From assembly GCA_050014855.1 (NCBI GenBank), contig JBEKCN010000001.1, positions 1-31,500 of the forward strand: 31,500 nt of DNA, given 5' to 3'. The notes below the pieces were generated by a model that saw only the letters and a list, made by a program, of their open reading frames with translations, did not search any database and had not been told where the DNA came from. Origin of the DNA: Streptosporangiaceae bacterium. Its GTDB lineage: Bacteria; Actinomycetota; Actinomycetes; Streptosporangiales; Streptosporangiaceae. This document shows, piece after piece, positions 1 to 9,295 of this stretch (its first letter is position 1; each line of letters begins with the position of its first letter). A program made the position numbers and the translations under genes.

Positions 1-99
1 GACGGTCCGCCGCCCGGGCTGGGCGGCCCAGCCGGAGAAGCCGGAACCGTCGTAGGCCAGGTCCAGCCGCAGCCGGACGAGCGCAGCGTCGGTGTTCAC
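1..99 (-). CDS. truA: tRNA pseudouridine(38-40) synthase TruA, 5' fragment running off the window
   Basis: Manual translation from GTG at 99 gives MNTDAALVRLRLDLAYDGSGFSGWAAQPGRRTV, the TruA N-terminal (L.YDG..F.GW..Q) motif. Usual position after rplQ. Confidence 0.9.
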   Translation of the reverse strand, partial: MNTDAALVRLRLDLAYDGSGFSGWAAQPGRRTV

Positions 100-190
100 C
101 TGGCTGATCTCCCCTCGGCGGCCCGCAGACGCAGCGACGGGCTGCCCCAATGCAGGGACAGCCCGGGCTGGATTTCTCCGATGCGATCGG

Positions 191-817
191 TCAGGCGGAC
201 TCTTCGCCATCCGCCGACGCGGGCTCCGCGGACTCCTCGTCCGCGGACTCCTCGTCCATGGGGGTCGCGTCGGCCGCCGTCCCGTCCTCAGCCTGAACAG
301 ACCCGGCCTCATCGGCCGTGTCGGCACTGGCGGCAGCCGACTCGGTACCGTCGTCGGCGACCGCGGTGTCCCCGGCCGTCTCCGTGGCTTCGGTGGCGGG
401 AGCGGCCGCTGGCGCCTCGTCCCGCGACCGGCGGATCCGCCGGCGCGGCCGGGACGTCACCTCGTCCCGGACCAGCTCGATCACGGCCATCGGGGCGTTG
501 TCGCCCTTGCGCGGCCCGATCTTGGTGATCCGGGTGTAACCGCCCGCACGCTCGGCGAAACCCGGCCCGATCTCGGTGAAGAGCGAGTGCACGACGCCCT
601 TGTTGTTCACGACCGAGAGCACACGCCGCCGCGCGTGCAGGTCGCCCCGCTTCGCGAACGTGATCAGGCGCTCGGCGACAGGACGCAGCCGGCGCGCCTT
701 GGCCTCGGTCGTGGTGATCCGCCCATGCTCGAAGAGCGCGGTGGCCAGGTTCGACAGAATATGCCGCTGGTGGGCCGAGCTGCCGCCCAGCCGCGGCCCC
801 TTGGTGGGCGTGGGCAT
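191..817 (-). CDS. rplQ: 50S ribosomal protein L17 with long acidic C-terminal extension
   Basis: [41 protein letters not shown]...[25 protein letters not shown]; follows rpoA. Confidence 0.98.
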   Translation of the reverse strand: MPTPTKGPRLGGSSAHQRHILSNLATALFEHGRITTTEAKARRLRPVAERLITFAKRGDLHARRRVLSVVNNKGVVHSLFTEIGPGFAERAGGYTRITKIGPRKGDNAPMAVIELVRDEVTSRPRRRIRRSRDEAPAAAPATEATETAGDTAVADDGTESAAASADTADEAGSVQAEDGTAADATPMDEESADEESAEPASADGEESA

Positions 818-857
818 TCGTTTCCTCTTTCGGTGTCAGTTGCTGGCTAGACGTGCG

Positions 858-1874
858 TCAGTACTGCTCGGTCTCGACGTAGCTGTCGTCCTCGTCGGGC
901 GCGTAGTTGTCCACCGCGCTGCTCGGGTCGAACCCGGGCGGGGAATCCTTGAGGGCCAGCCCCATGTCGATCAGCTTCTGCTTGACCTCCTCGATGGACT
1001 TCGCACCGAAGTTGCGGATGTCCAGAAGGTCCTGCTCACTGCGCGACACGAGCTCGCCGACGGTGTGGATGCCCTCACGCTTGAGGCAGTTGTACGACCG
1101 GACCGTGAGGTTCAGGTCCTCGATCGGCAGGGCCAGGTCCGCGGCCAGGGCCGCGTCCGTGGGCGACGGGCCCACGTCGATGCCCTCTGCGTCGACGTTG
1201 AGCTCGCGCGCCAGCCCGAACAGCTCGACAAGGGTCTTACCGGCGCTGGCGACCGCATCCCGCGGCCGGATCGAGGATTTGGTCTCCACATCCAGGATCA
1301 GCCGGTCGAAGTCGGTCCGCTGCTCGACACGGGTCGCCTCGACCTTGTAGCTCACCCGGGTCACCGGGGAGTAGATCGAGTCGATCGGCACCCGGCCGAT
1401 CTCCTGGCCGGGCTGCTTGTTCTGGGTGGCCGAGACGTAGCCGCGGCCGCGCTCGACGGTGAGCTCCATCTCGAGCTTGCCCTTGCCGTTCAGCGTGGCG
1501 ATGTGCAGCTCGGGGTTGTAGACCTCAACGCCCGCGGGCGGCGTGATGTCCGCCGCGGTGACCTGGCCCGGCCCCTGCTTGCGCAGGTACATCACCACGG
1601 GCTCGTCGTGCTCGGAGGAGACGACCAGGCCCTTGAGGTTGAGGATGATGTCGGTGACGTCTTCCTTCACGCCCGGCACGGTGGAGAACTCATGCAGGAC
1701 TCCCTCGATGCGGATGCTGGTAACGGCCGCTCCGGGGATCGACGACAGCAGCGTGCGGCGGAGCGAGTTGCCGATCGTGTAACCGAATCCCGGCTCCAGC
1801 GGCTCGATGACGAACCTGGACCGGGCGTCACCTATCTGCTCTTCCGTCAGGGTGGGACGCTGAGCGATAAGCAT
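858..1874 (-). CDS. rpoA: RNA polymerase alpha subunit
   Basis: [28 protein letters not shown]; alpha-[19 protein letters not shown] and NFGAKS. Confidence 0.99.
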   Translation of the reverse strand: MLIAQRPTLTEEQIGDARSRFVIEPLEPGFGYTIGNSLRRTLLSSIPGAAVTSIRIEGVLHEFSTVPGVKEDVTDIILNLKGLVVSSEHDEPVVMYLRKQGPGQVTAADITPPAGVEVYNPELHIATLNGKGKLEMELTVERGRGYVSATQNKQPGQEIGRVPIDSIYSPVTRVSYKVEATRVEQRTDFDRLILDVETKSSIRPRDAVASAGKTLVELFGLARELNVDAEGIDVGPSPTDAALAADLALPIEDLNLTVRSYNCLKREGIHTVGELVSRSEQDLLDIRNFGAKSIEEVKQKLIDMGLALKDSPPGFDPSSAVDNYAPDEDDSYVETEQY

Positions 1875-1887
1875 GTGGTGCCTTCCT

Positions 1888-1953
1888 TCCCGTGACGCCC
1901 GCTATTTGACGTCACGATTCCGTCCCGCGACGCCCGCTATTTGACGTCGCGAT
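1888..1953 (-). promoter_or_regulatory. Tandem pair of 31-nt hairpins abutting the rpoA Shine-Dalgarno (candidate ribosomal-protein leader)
   Basis: Copies at 1888-1918 and 1923-1953 are identical except for one compensatory pair (U-A versus C-G) in a 7-bp stem. Function is inferred. Confidence 0.7.
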
Positions 1954-2015
1954 GGTGCCGGCGACCGCGTGGCCGCCGGCTCCCCCCGGCGCGGGGCCAG
2001 GGGGAAGCTAGCTGC

Positions 2016-2642
2016 TTACTTCGAGTAAAGCTCAACGATGAGCTGTTCCTGAACCTGCGTGTCAATCTGCGCCCGGACCGGCAGCGCGTGTACCAGGATG
2101 CGCATCTGGTCCGGGACGACCTCGAGCCACGCGGGAACCTGACGCTCGCCGGCCTCGGCCTGCGCCACGACGAACGGGGTCATGTCGCGCGACTTCTGCC
2201 GGACCTCGATGATGTCGTTCTCGGCCACCCGGTAGGAGGGGATGTCCACCTTCTTGCCATTGACCGTGATGTGGCCGTGCGTGGTGAGCTGGCGGGCCAT
2301 GTCCCGGCTCTTGGCAAAGCCGGCCCGGTACACCACGTTGTCCAGGCGGCTCTCCAGGATCTGGAGCAGGTTGTCGCCGGTCCGGCCGTGCCGGCGGGTG
2401 GCCTCTTCGTAGTAGTTGTGGAACTGCCGCTCCAGCACGCCATACATCCGGCGGGCCTTCTGCTTCTCGCGGATCTGGAGAAGGTACTCGCTCTCCTTGG
2501 GGCGGTTCCTGCCGTGCTCACCCGGCGGGTAAGGCCGGATCTCGATCGGGCACTTCGGCGAGTCGCACTTGGCGCCCTTCAGGAACAGCTTCATCTTCTC
2601 GCGGCGGCAGCGCTTGCAGTCCGCGCCTGTGTCTCGAGCCAT
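2016..2642 (-). CDS. rpsD: 30S ribosomal protein S4, Cys-containing zinc-binding type
   Basis: DCKRCRREKMKLFLKGAKCDSPKC, LESRLDNVVYRAGFA and S4 RNA-binding domain; alpha-operon position. Confidence 0.98.
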   Translation of the reverse strand: MARDTGADCKRCRREKMKLFLKGAKCDSPKCPIEIRPYPPGEHGRNRPKESEYLLQIREKQKARRMYGVLERQFHNYYEEATRRHGRTGDNLLQILESRLDNVVYRAGFAKSRDMARQLTTHGHITVNGKKVDIPSYRVAENDIIEVRQKSRDMTPFVVAQAEAGERQVPAWLEVVPDQMRILVHALPVRAQIDTQVQEQLIVELYSK

Positions 2643-2660
2643 CTGCTCTGTAACTCTCCC

Positions 2661-3065
2661 TCAGACCCGGCGCCGCTTCGGCGGCCGGCAGCCATTGTGC
2701 GGAACCGGGGTGACGTCCTGGATCGACCCGACCTCCAGGCCGGTCGCCTGCAGCGACCGGATGGCGGTCTCCCGGCCCGAGCCAGGGCCCTTGACGAAGA
2801 CGTCGACCTTGCGCATGCCGTGCTCCATCGCGCGGCGCGCGGCGGCCTCGGCGGCCATCTGCGCGGCGAACGGCGTCGACTTGCGCGAACCCTTGAACCC
2901 GACCTGCCCGGAAGACGCCCATGAGATGACGGCTCCGGCCGGGTCGGTAATTGAGACGATGGTGTTGTTGAATGTGCTCCTGATGTGCGCGTGCCCATGA
3001 GCAACGTTCTTCCGCTCCTTGCGGCGCACCTTTTTGGCGCCCGCATTGCGGCTCCTCGGCGGCAT
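2661..3065 (-). CDS. rpsK: 30S ribosomal protein S11
   Basis: [39 protein letters not shown]. Confidence 0.99.
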   Translation of the reverse strand: MPPRSRNAGAKKVRRKERKNVAHGHAHIRSTFNNTIVSITDPAGAVISWASSGQVGFKGSRKSTPFAAQMAAEAAARRAMEHGMRKVDVFVKGPGSGRETAIRSLQATGLEVGSIQDVTPVPHNGCRPPKRRRV

Positions 3066-3098
3066 CTGCTTTTAACTCCTGAGGTGATCGGTCCGTTT

Positions 3099-3133
3099 CG
3101 GGGGGTCCGGGGGATCGTCCCCCGGGCTAACAC
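3099..3133 (-). repeat. Short G/C-run palindromic repeat (element B), copy 1
   Basis: Minus strand GTGTTAGCCCGGGGGACGATCCCCCGGACCCCCCG closely matches plus-strand 22585-22616. Confidence 0.65.
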
Positions 3134-3191
3134 TGCGGGTGACCGGGAAGGTGGCCTGAGGACACCGAGCAGGGTCAGCCGCCCCGGACTA

Positions 3192-3572
3192 CTACTTCTT
3201 GCCGGCCTTCTTCTTGCCGGCCACGGTCTTCTTCTTGCCCTTGCGGGTGCGCGCGTTGGTCTGCGTCCGCTGACCGTGCACGGGCAGCCCCCGGCGGTGC
3301 CGGATCCCCTGGTAGCAGCCAATCTCGATCTTGCGCCGGATGTCGGCCTGGACCTCACGGCGCAGGTCACCCTCGATCCGGTAGGTCGCATCGATCCAGT
3401 CCCGGAGGCGGATCAGGTCGTCTTCGCCGAGCTCATGGACCCGGGCGTCGGGGCTGACCCCAGTCGCCTGCAGCGTCTCCAGGGCCCGGGTACGGCCGAT
3501 GCCGTAGATGTAGGTGAGCGCGACCTCCATCCGCTTCTCGCGGGGGAGGTCAACGCCGGCAAGGCGTGCCAC
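3192..3572 (-). CDS. rpsM: 30S ribosomal protein S13
   Basis: [14 protein letters not shown] (GTG start), [31 protein letters not shown]. Confidence 0.99.
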   Translation of the reverse strand: MARLAGVDLPREKRMEVALTYIYGIGRTRALETLQATGVSPDARVHELGEDDLIRLRDWIDATYRIEGDLRREVQADIRRKIEIGCYQGIRHRRGLPVHGQRTQTNARTRKGKKKTVAGKKKAGKK

Positions 3573-3659
3573 GTCGGGCAGTTCTCCTTCGGTAGGTGGG
3601 AGGTCCTTCGCGCCGCTCCCTGGCCCTGCCCGAGCCAGCCCCGGCCTCCCCCGGGGGTT

Positions 3660-3689
3660 GTCCCGTGACCATGGTGGCGGTCACGGGAC
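3660..3689. other. Perfect 11-bp stem-loop in the rpmJ-rpsM spacer
   Basis: GTCCCGTGACC (3660-3670) / 8-nt loop / GGTCACGGGAC (3679-3689). No U-tract. Confidence 0.6.
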
Positions 3690-3770
3690 TGCGGTACGCG
3701 TTTTCAGTTATTCGGCTATACGGCCAGGCTTACCGGCTGCCAACCCGGGCCTTCCCCCGGGCCAGCACCG

Positions 3771-3884
3771 CTAACCCTGGCGCTGCTTGTGCCGCGGATC
3801 CGAGCAGATGACCATCACCCGGCCGTTGCGCCGGATGATGCGGCACTTGCTGCAGATCTTCTTGACACTCGGCTTGACCTTCAC
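3771..3884 (-). CDS. rpmJ: 50S ribosomal protein L36, zinc-binding type; absent from the ORF track
   Basis: Manual translation from GTG: [37 protein letters not shown]; SD GAGGAG upstream. Confidence 0.97.
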   Translation of the reverse strand: MKVKPSVKKICSKCRIIRRNGRVMVICSDPRHKQRQG

Positions 3885-3950
3885 GGCCTGCGTCTCCTCA
3901 TGGGACCGCCCGTGTGGACGGCCCGCTCACGGTGCTCTTCGCTGCTCGTC

Positions 3951-4172
3951 TTACTTGTACCGGTACACGATGCGCCCGCGGCTCAGGTCATAGGGACTGA
4001 GCTCAACCACGACCCGGTCGTCAGGCAGGATGCGGATGTAGTGCATCCGCATCTTCCCGCTGATGTGAGCGAGAACCTGGTGCCCGTTGTCTAGCTCCAC
4101 CTTGAAGAAGGCGTTTGGCAGGGACTCGACAACCGTGCCTTCAATCTCGATGGCGCCGTCTTTCTTGGGCAT
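3951..4172 (-). CDS. infA: Translation initiation factor IF-1
   Basis: [64 protein letters not shown]. Confidence 0.99.
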   Translation of the reverse strand: MPKKDGAIEIEGTVVESLPNAFFKVELDNGHQVLAHISGKMRMHYIRILPDDRVVVELSPYDLSRGRIVYRYK

Positions 4173-4399
4173 GTCCTCCGCGTTTCACTATCCGGCTCGG
4201 CCGCGCGCACAGCGCACGGCGTCGCACTGCTACATATCCTGAGTGGGTTGCCTGACGAGGTACGGCGCGTACGTCCTGCACTCCGCCGGACTCACAGGGC
4301 CCGCCGATACGGGATCCGTATCGACAGGATCGGTACGGCCGAGCAGGCGTTGCTTCGCGGTAGAGCTACGCGAGAAGAACAGCCCACAGGCCGTGTGCG

Positions 4400-4429
4400 A
4401 GTTTACGCGATCCGCGTCACCAATGCGAA
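4400..4429 (-). promoter_or_regulatory. Putative housekeeping-sigma promoter for infA-rpmJ-alpha cluster
   Basis: TTCGCA (4429-4424), 18-nt spacer, TAAACT (4405-4400). The -10 fits TANNNT; the -35 is weak. Confidence 0.4.
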
Positions 4430-4502
4430 CCCAACGGCCCGCCCGGAACCACGGCTCCGCCCTGAATCACACCACGGGCCCGGCAGCAGTCATGCGGCCG
4501 GC

Positions 4503-4805
4503 TCAGGACGCCCGTCCTGGACCGTATAAGCGATGCGGGCCCGGTTTTATGCCCGTGGCGGGGAGTAGGCCCTGGGCCGGGGGCCGGTGCAGCGAGGCAT
4601 CCGGCAGCGTGTAGCGCTTCAGGTCAATGTGCGGCAGGTCGGCCAGCAGCTCATCGAGCTCACCGAGGGTCCGGGCCCGCAGCGCCGCGTCGATCCGCTC
4701 ACTGAACTCCTCCGCCGTCAGCCGCCCGGCCGCGTGGTGCTCCTGCAGGAGCGCCACGACCCGGTCCCGGTCCGCGTCGGAAGCGCGCATCCGTGCGTCC
4801 GGCAT
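4503..4805 (-). CDS. DUF1707 (SHOCT-like) domain protein, about 100 aa
   Basis: MRASDADRDRVVALLQEHHAAGRLTAEEFSERIDAALRARTLGELDELLADLP matches the DUF1707 pattern. SD GAGGAGG precedes ATG 4805, preferred over GTG 4820. Confidence 0.85.
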   Translation of the reverse strand: MPDARMRASDADRDRVVALLQEHHAAGRLTAEEFSERIDAALRARTLGELDELLADLPHIDLKRYTLPDASLHRPPAQGLLPATGIKPGPHRLYGPGRAS

Positions 4806-4879
4806 CGGCGTCCTCCTCACCTGTCGCCCGGGACCGCCCGGGTGATCCCGCCGGCCGCTGGCCGGCGGTGGCCCGGAGC

Positions 4880-5755
4880 CTAACGCCGGGGCCTCTCTTC
4901 TGAGAGTGCCTCTTCGGGTGCCCGGACGGCAACTGACGGCTGGCCGATGGCGGTGAATCCGGCCGTCCCGCCGTCCTCCGCGGTCAGCACCCAGGGACCC
5001 TCCGGGGTGATCGCGACCGTGTGCTCATAGTGCGCGGCGTAGCTGCCATCCGCACTGACGACCGTCCACTCGTCTTCGAGCGTCTCGGTCTCGGCGCGGC
5101 CGAGCACGACCATCGGCTCCACCGCGATGGCCATCCCCTCCCGCAGCCGCGGGCCGCGGCCCGGGCGGCCGTAGTTGGGCACCGGCGGTTCCATGTGCAT
5201 GGCGCTGCCGATGCCGTGCCCCACGTACTCCTCGATGATCCCGTACGATCCGGCGGCCTGGATGGTCGCCTCGACCGCGTGGGAGACGTCGGTCAGCCGG
5301 CCGCCCACCTGCGCCTGGGCCAGGCCCTGCCACAGCGAGGTCTCGCAGACCTCCAACAGCCGGGCCAGCTCCGGGGCGATCTCCCCGACACCGACGGTCA
5401 GGGCCGCGTCGCCGTGCCAGCCGTCGACGATGGCGCCGCAGTCGATGGAGATGATGTTCCCCTCGTGCAGCACCGTGTCCGGGCGGGGGATGCCGTGCAC
5501 GATGACCTGGTTGACCGACGTGCAGACCGACGCCGGGTATCCGTGGTAGCCCAGGAAGGAGGGCGTCGCCCCCGCCCCCCGGATCTCACGCTCGGCCAGC
5601 TCGTCCAGGTCGGCGGTGCTGATGCCGGGCCTGACCGCCTCGCGGAGGACGGCCAGGGTGCGGGCCACCACCAGTCCGGCCTGCCGCATCGACCGGATCT
5701 GCTCCGGGGTCTTGATCTCGATGCCGGACCTGGGCCTCATCCGCGCCGCTCCCAT
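4880..5755 (-). CDS. map: Type I methionine aminopeptidase
   Basis: Metal-ligand motifs SIDCG..DGWHGDAA, GHGIG, AVEPM, AHYEHTV; follows adk. The start could be ATG 5740. Confidence 0.97.
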   Translation of the reverse strand: MGAARMRPRSGIEIKTPEQIRSMRQAGLVVARTLAVLREAVRPGISTADLDELAEREIRGAGATPSFLGYHGYPASVCTSVNQVIVHGIPRPDTVLHEGNIISIDCGAIVDGWHGDAALTVGVGEIAPELARLLEVCETSLWQGLAQAQVGGRLTDVSHAVEATIQAAGSYGIIEEYVGHGIGSAMHMEPPVPNYGRPGRGPRLREGMAIAVEPMVVLGRAETETLEDEWTVVSADGSYAAHYEHTVAITPEGPWVLTAEDGGTAGFTAIGQPSVAVRAPEEALSEERPRR

Positions 5756-5797
5756 TTCGTCCTGGGCCTCCTTATCAACGGGCTCGGGGTGGCCTCG

Positions 5798-6451
5798 TCA
5801 GCGAGCGAACGGCCGCAGCGCGGCCAGCGCCCGTTCGGTGATCTCCTCGACCGGCCCGGTCGCATCGATCCCGATCAGGATGCCCTCGTCGGCGTAGTAG
5901 GCGACCAGCGGCGCGGTCTGCTTGGTGTAGACCTCGAGGCGGTGCCGGACGGTCTCTTCACGGTCGTCGTCCCGCTGAAACAGCTCACCGCCGCAGGCGT
6001 CACAGATCCCGTCCTTGCTGGGCGGGTCGAACAGGATGTGCCACACCCGCTCGCACCGTCGGCACGTCCGGCGCCCGGACAGCCGACGGACCACTTCGTC
6101 CTCGTCCACGACCAGCTCGAGGACGACGGTGAGCCGGGTCTCCCAGTCGGTGAGCATCTTCTTCAGCGTTTCGGCCTGCGGCACGTTCCGCGGGAAGCCG
6201 TCCAGCAGGAAGCCCGCCTGGGCGTCGTCCTCGCCGAGCCGGTCATGGACCATGGCGATGGTGACCTCGTCGGGCACCAGGTCGCCGCGGTTCATGTACC
6301 CCTTGGCCTGCACACCCAGCGGCGTCCCGTTGGTGACGTTGTGCCGGAAGATATCACCTGTCGATATCTTCGGGATCGCCAGATGCGATGCGATGAATTG
6401 GGCCTGTGTCCCCTTGCCCGCTCCGGGGGGCCCGACGAGGACGATGCGCAC
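5798..6451 (-). CDS. adk: Adenylate kinase with Cys4 zinc LID
   Basis: P-loop [24 protein letters not shown]...CDAC. GTG start overlaps the secY TAG. Confidence 0.99.
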   Translation of the reverse strand: MRIVLVGPPGAGKGTQAQFIASHLAIPKISTGDIFRHNVTNGTPLGVQAKGYMNRGDLVPDEVTIAMVHDRLGEDDAQAGFLLDGFPRNVPQAETLKKMLTDWETRLTVVLELVVDEDEVVRRLSGRRTCRRCERVWHILFDPPSKDGICDACGGELFQRDDDREETVRHRLEVYTKQTAPLVAYYADEGILIGIDATGPVEEITERALAALRPFAR

Positions 6452-7764
6452 TATCGGAGGAAACCCTCATAGTTGCGCTGCTGCAACTGGCTCTCGATCT
6501 GCTTCACCGTGTCCAGGCCGACACCGACCATGATCAGCAGGCTCGTGCCGCCGAAGGGTATCTCGTTACTCACGTTCATCAACGCGAACGCCACCATCGG
6601 GATCAGGCCGATCACCGCGAGGTACAGCGAACCGGGCGCGGTGAGGCGCGTGAGCACGTAGTTCAGGTACTCGGCGGTAGGCCGGCCGGGCCGGATACCG
6701 GGAATGAAGCCACCGTACTTCTTCATGTTGTCGGCGACTTCGGTCGGGTTGAAGGTGATCGAGACGTAGAAGTACGTGAAGCCGATGATGAGCAGGAAGA
6801 AGATGACCATGTAGAGGGCCGAGTCGGTCTGCGCGAAGTAGCGGTCGACCCAGGCCACCCAGCCTTGCGGGCTGTTCTGGTTCCCGAACAGCGACGCCGC
6901 CAGCTGGGGGATGTACAGCAGGGACGAGGCGAAGATGACCGGGATGACCCCGGCCTGGTTGACCTTCAGCGGGATGTAGGTGGATGTCCCGCCGTACATG
7001 CGGCGGCCGACCATCCGCTTGGCGTACTGCACCGGGATCCGCCGCTGCGCCTGCTCCATGAACACGATGAACGCGACGATCGCGATCAGCACGACCACGG
7101 TGATGCCGGTGACGAACGCCGACTTGGTGCGGTAGATCTCCAGCAGGCCGCCGGGGATGACCGCGATCACCTGCGTGAAGATGATGACCGACATGCCGTT
7201 GCCGACGCCGCGGTCGGTGATCAGCTCGCCCATCCACATGATGACGGCCGTGCCGGACACCATGGTGATCACCATCGTGGCGATGGTGAAGACCGACGAG
7301 TTCGGGATGAGGTTCTCGCTGCAGTTCGGGTACAGCCGGCCCGACCGGGCCAGCTCCACGTACCCGGTGGACTGCAGCACGCCCAGCCCGATGGTCAGGT
7401 ACCGGGTGTACTGGGTGATCTTGGCCGTGCCCGCCTGGCCCTCGTTCTTCAGCGCCTCGAGCCGCGGGATGACCACGGTGAGCAGCTGCAGAATGATGCT
7501 GGCGGTGATGTATGGCATGATGCCGAGCGCGAACACCGACATACGCAGCAGCGCGTTACCGCTGAGCAGGTTGATGAGCTGGTAGACGCCCTGCGCCGCG
7601 CCGGTGCTCGACTCGACGCCGGCGCAGTAGGTGATCGCCTTCTCGGAGATGCCCGGGGTCGGTACGGCCGCCCCGAAGCGGAACAGCGCGATGATGCCGA
7701 TGGTGAAGAGCAGCTTCTTGCGCAGGTCTGGCGTCCGGAAGGCCCGGAGGAACGCGGTCAGCAT
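6451..7764 (-). CDS. secY: Preprotein translocase subunit SecY
   Basis: [70 protein letters not shown]. Confidence 0.99.
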   Translation of the reverse strand: MLTAFLRAFRTPDLRKKLLFTIGIIALFRFGAAVPTPGISEKAITYCAGVESSTGAAQGVYQLINLLSGNALLRMSVFALGIMPYITASIILQLLTVVIPRLEALKNEGQAGTAKITQYTRYLTIGLGVLQSTGYVELARSGRLYPNCSENLIPNSSVFTIATMVITMVSGTAVIMWMGELITDRGVGNGMSVIIFTQVIAVIPGGLLEIYRTKSAFVTGITVVVLIAIVAFIVFMEQAQRRIPVQYAKRMVGRRMYGGTSTYIPLKVNQAGVIPVIFASSLLYIPQLAASLFGNQNSPQGWVAWVDRYFAQTDSALYMVIFFLLIIGFTYFYVSITFNPTEVADNMKKYGGFIPGIRPGRPTAEYLNYVLTRLTAPGSLYLAVIGLIPMVAFALMNVSNEIPFGGTSLLIMVGVGLDTVKQIESQLQQRNYEGFLR

Positions 7765-7854
7765 GCGCAGCCCTCGGTTCGATTGATCGGTGTCACCCAG
7801 CCGTGCGGCTTCCGTATCCTACCCGGCAGTTCCGGCATTGTCTTCTCCAGAAGG

Positions 7855-7885
7855 TCGGAGCGCCCGCCTGAGGCGGGCGCTCCGA
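7855..7885. terminator. Perfect 14-bp hairpin between rplO and secY (terminator, attenuator or processing site)
   Basis: TCGGAGCGCCCGCC / TGA / GGCGGGCGCTCCGA. Only a weak pyrimidine tail (CCTTCT) on the minus strand. Confidence 0.45.
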
Positions 7886-7915
7886 AAACTACTAAGGGCC
7901 ACGGATGGGACACGC

Positions 7916-8497
7916 TCAGAGCTCCGTGACGGACCCGCCGGCACCGGTGATCCGCTCCCGCGCCGACGCGGAGAACGCGTGCGCGCTCACCCGCAGGGCG
8001 ACCGAGAGGTCGCCGTCGGCGAGCACCTTGACCCGCTCGCCCTTGCGGATGGCGCCCCTGGCCACGAGGTCGTCCGGGGTCACGTCGCCGCCCGAGGGGT
8101 ACAGCTCCGCGAGCCGGCCCGTGTTCACCACCTGGTACGTCGTGCCGAACCCGGCGTTGGAGAAGCCCCTGAGCTTCGGCACGCGCCGGTACAGCGGCAT
8201 CTGGCCGCCCTCGAAGCCCAGGCGCATCGTGTTGCGCGCCCTGGTGCCCTTGGTGCCGCGCCCCGCGGTCTTGCCCTTCGAGGCCTCACCGCGGCCGACC
8301 CGGGTCTTGGCGGTGCGCGCCCCGGGCGCCGGCCTGAGGTGGTGCAGCTTCAGGCCGCGGCCGGTAGCGCCTTCCCGGCCGGTCGCCGCCGTCTCACCGG
8401 CGCTCCCGGCCCCGGAGTCTCTGGCGGCCTTGGGAGCGTCCTCCTGCGCGGCGTCTTCCTGCGCGGCGTCTTCATTCTCTGGCTTGGCTGGTGGCAT
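7916..8497 (-). CDS. rplO: 50S ribosomal protein L15 with N-terminal extension
   Basis: [49 protein letters not shown] lies 1 nt after the rpmD stop. Confidence 0.97.
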   Translation of the reverse strand: MPPAKPENEDAAQEDAAQEDAPKAARDSGAGSAGETAATGREGATGRGLKLHHLRPAPGARTAKTRVGRGEASKGKTAGRGTKGTRARNTMRLGFEGGQMPLYRRVPKLRGFSNAGFGTTYQVVNTGRLAELYPSGGDVTPDDLVARGAIRKGERVKVLADGDLSVALRVSAHAFSASARERITGAGGSVTEL

Positions 8498-8498
8498 G

Positions 8499-8681
8499 TC
8501 AGTCCACCTCCTCCACGCTTACCAGGTGGCGAACGGCCTGGATCATGCCGCGGAACTCAGGCTTGTCCGGCTTGAGGACAACCTGCCCGATCCGCTTCAG
8601 GCCGAGCGAGCGCAGCGAATCACGCTGCGGCCGCGTACCACCGATCTCTGACTTGATCTGAGTGACCTTCAACTGTGCCAT
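8499..8681 (-). CDS. rpmD: 50S ribosomal protein L30
   Basis: [15 protein letters not shown]...[10 protein letters not shown]...[11 protein letters not shown]. Confidence 0.97.
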   Translation of the reverse strand: MAQLKVTQIKSEIGGTRPQRDSLRSLGLKRIGQVVLKPDKPEFRGMIQAVRHLVSVEEVD

Positions 8682-8695
8682 GCTGCTGCTCCCGC

Positions 8696-9295
8696 CTAGC
8701 TGGCCGCGGCCGCGCGGGCCCGGAGCATCGCCGCCGGAGCGACGTCCTCGATGGGCAGGCCGCGCTTGGCCGCGATCTCCTCCGGCCGGCTCAGGCCCTT
8801 CAGCGCCGCCACTGTCGCGTGCACGACGTTGATCGGGTTGGAGGAACCGAGCGAGCGGGAGAGCACATCATGGATGCCCGCGCACTCGAGCACGGCACGC
8901 ACCGGGCCACCGGCGATGACACCGGTACCGGGGCTGGCGGGCTTCAGCAGCACGACACCGGCCGCGTCCTCGCCCTGCACCGTGTGCGGGATGGTGCCGG
9001 CGATACGCGGTACCCGGAAGAAGTGCTTCTTGGCCTCCTCGACACCCTTGGCGATCGCCGCGGGCACCTCCTTGGCCTTGCCGTACCCGACGCCGACCAT
9101 GCCGTTGGCGTCACCCACCACGACGAGCGCGGTGAAGCTGAACCGGCGGCCACCCTTGACCACCTTGGCCACCCGGTTGATGGTGACCACGCGCTCGAGG
9201 TAGGCCGGCTGCTTGTCGGCCCCGCCTCCACGTCGGTCGTCACGGCGTTCCCGCCGCTCGCCGCCGCCGCCACCACGCCGCGGAGCTCCTGGCAT
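8696..9295 (-). CDS. rpsE: 30S ribosomal protein S5
   Basis: [45 protein letters not shown]. Confidence 0.99.
   Translation of the reverse strand: MPGAPRRGGGGGERRERRDDRRGGGADKQPAYLERVVTINRVAKVVKGGRRFSFTALVVVGDANGMVGVGYGKAKEVPAAIAKGVEEAKKHFFRVPRIAGTIPHTVQGEDAAGVVLLKPASPGTGVIAGGPVRAVLECAGIHDVLSRSLGSSNPINVVHATVAALKGLSRPEEIAAKRGLPIEDVAPAAMLRARAAAAS

Noticed and set aside
2631-2633. S4 begins MARDTG instead of the usual MARYTG
   Set aside because: A single-nucleotide difference (TAC to GAC) that cannot be separated from sequencing error or neutral variation without reads or alignments.
3920-3945. AGCGA...GAGCG on the minus strand of the infA-rpmJ spacer, resembling element A
   Set aside because: There is no enclosed stem and no outer stem, so it is likely chance.
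4440-4502. A GPW triplet downstream of the DUF1707 stop that might be a frameshifted membrane domain
   Set aside because: It is preceded by an in-frame stop and lacks a Trp-rich hydrophobic stretch, so there is no support for a pseudogene call.
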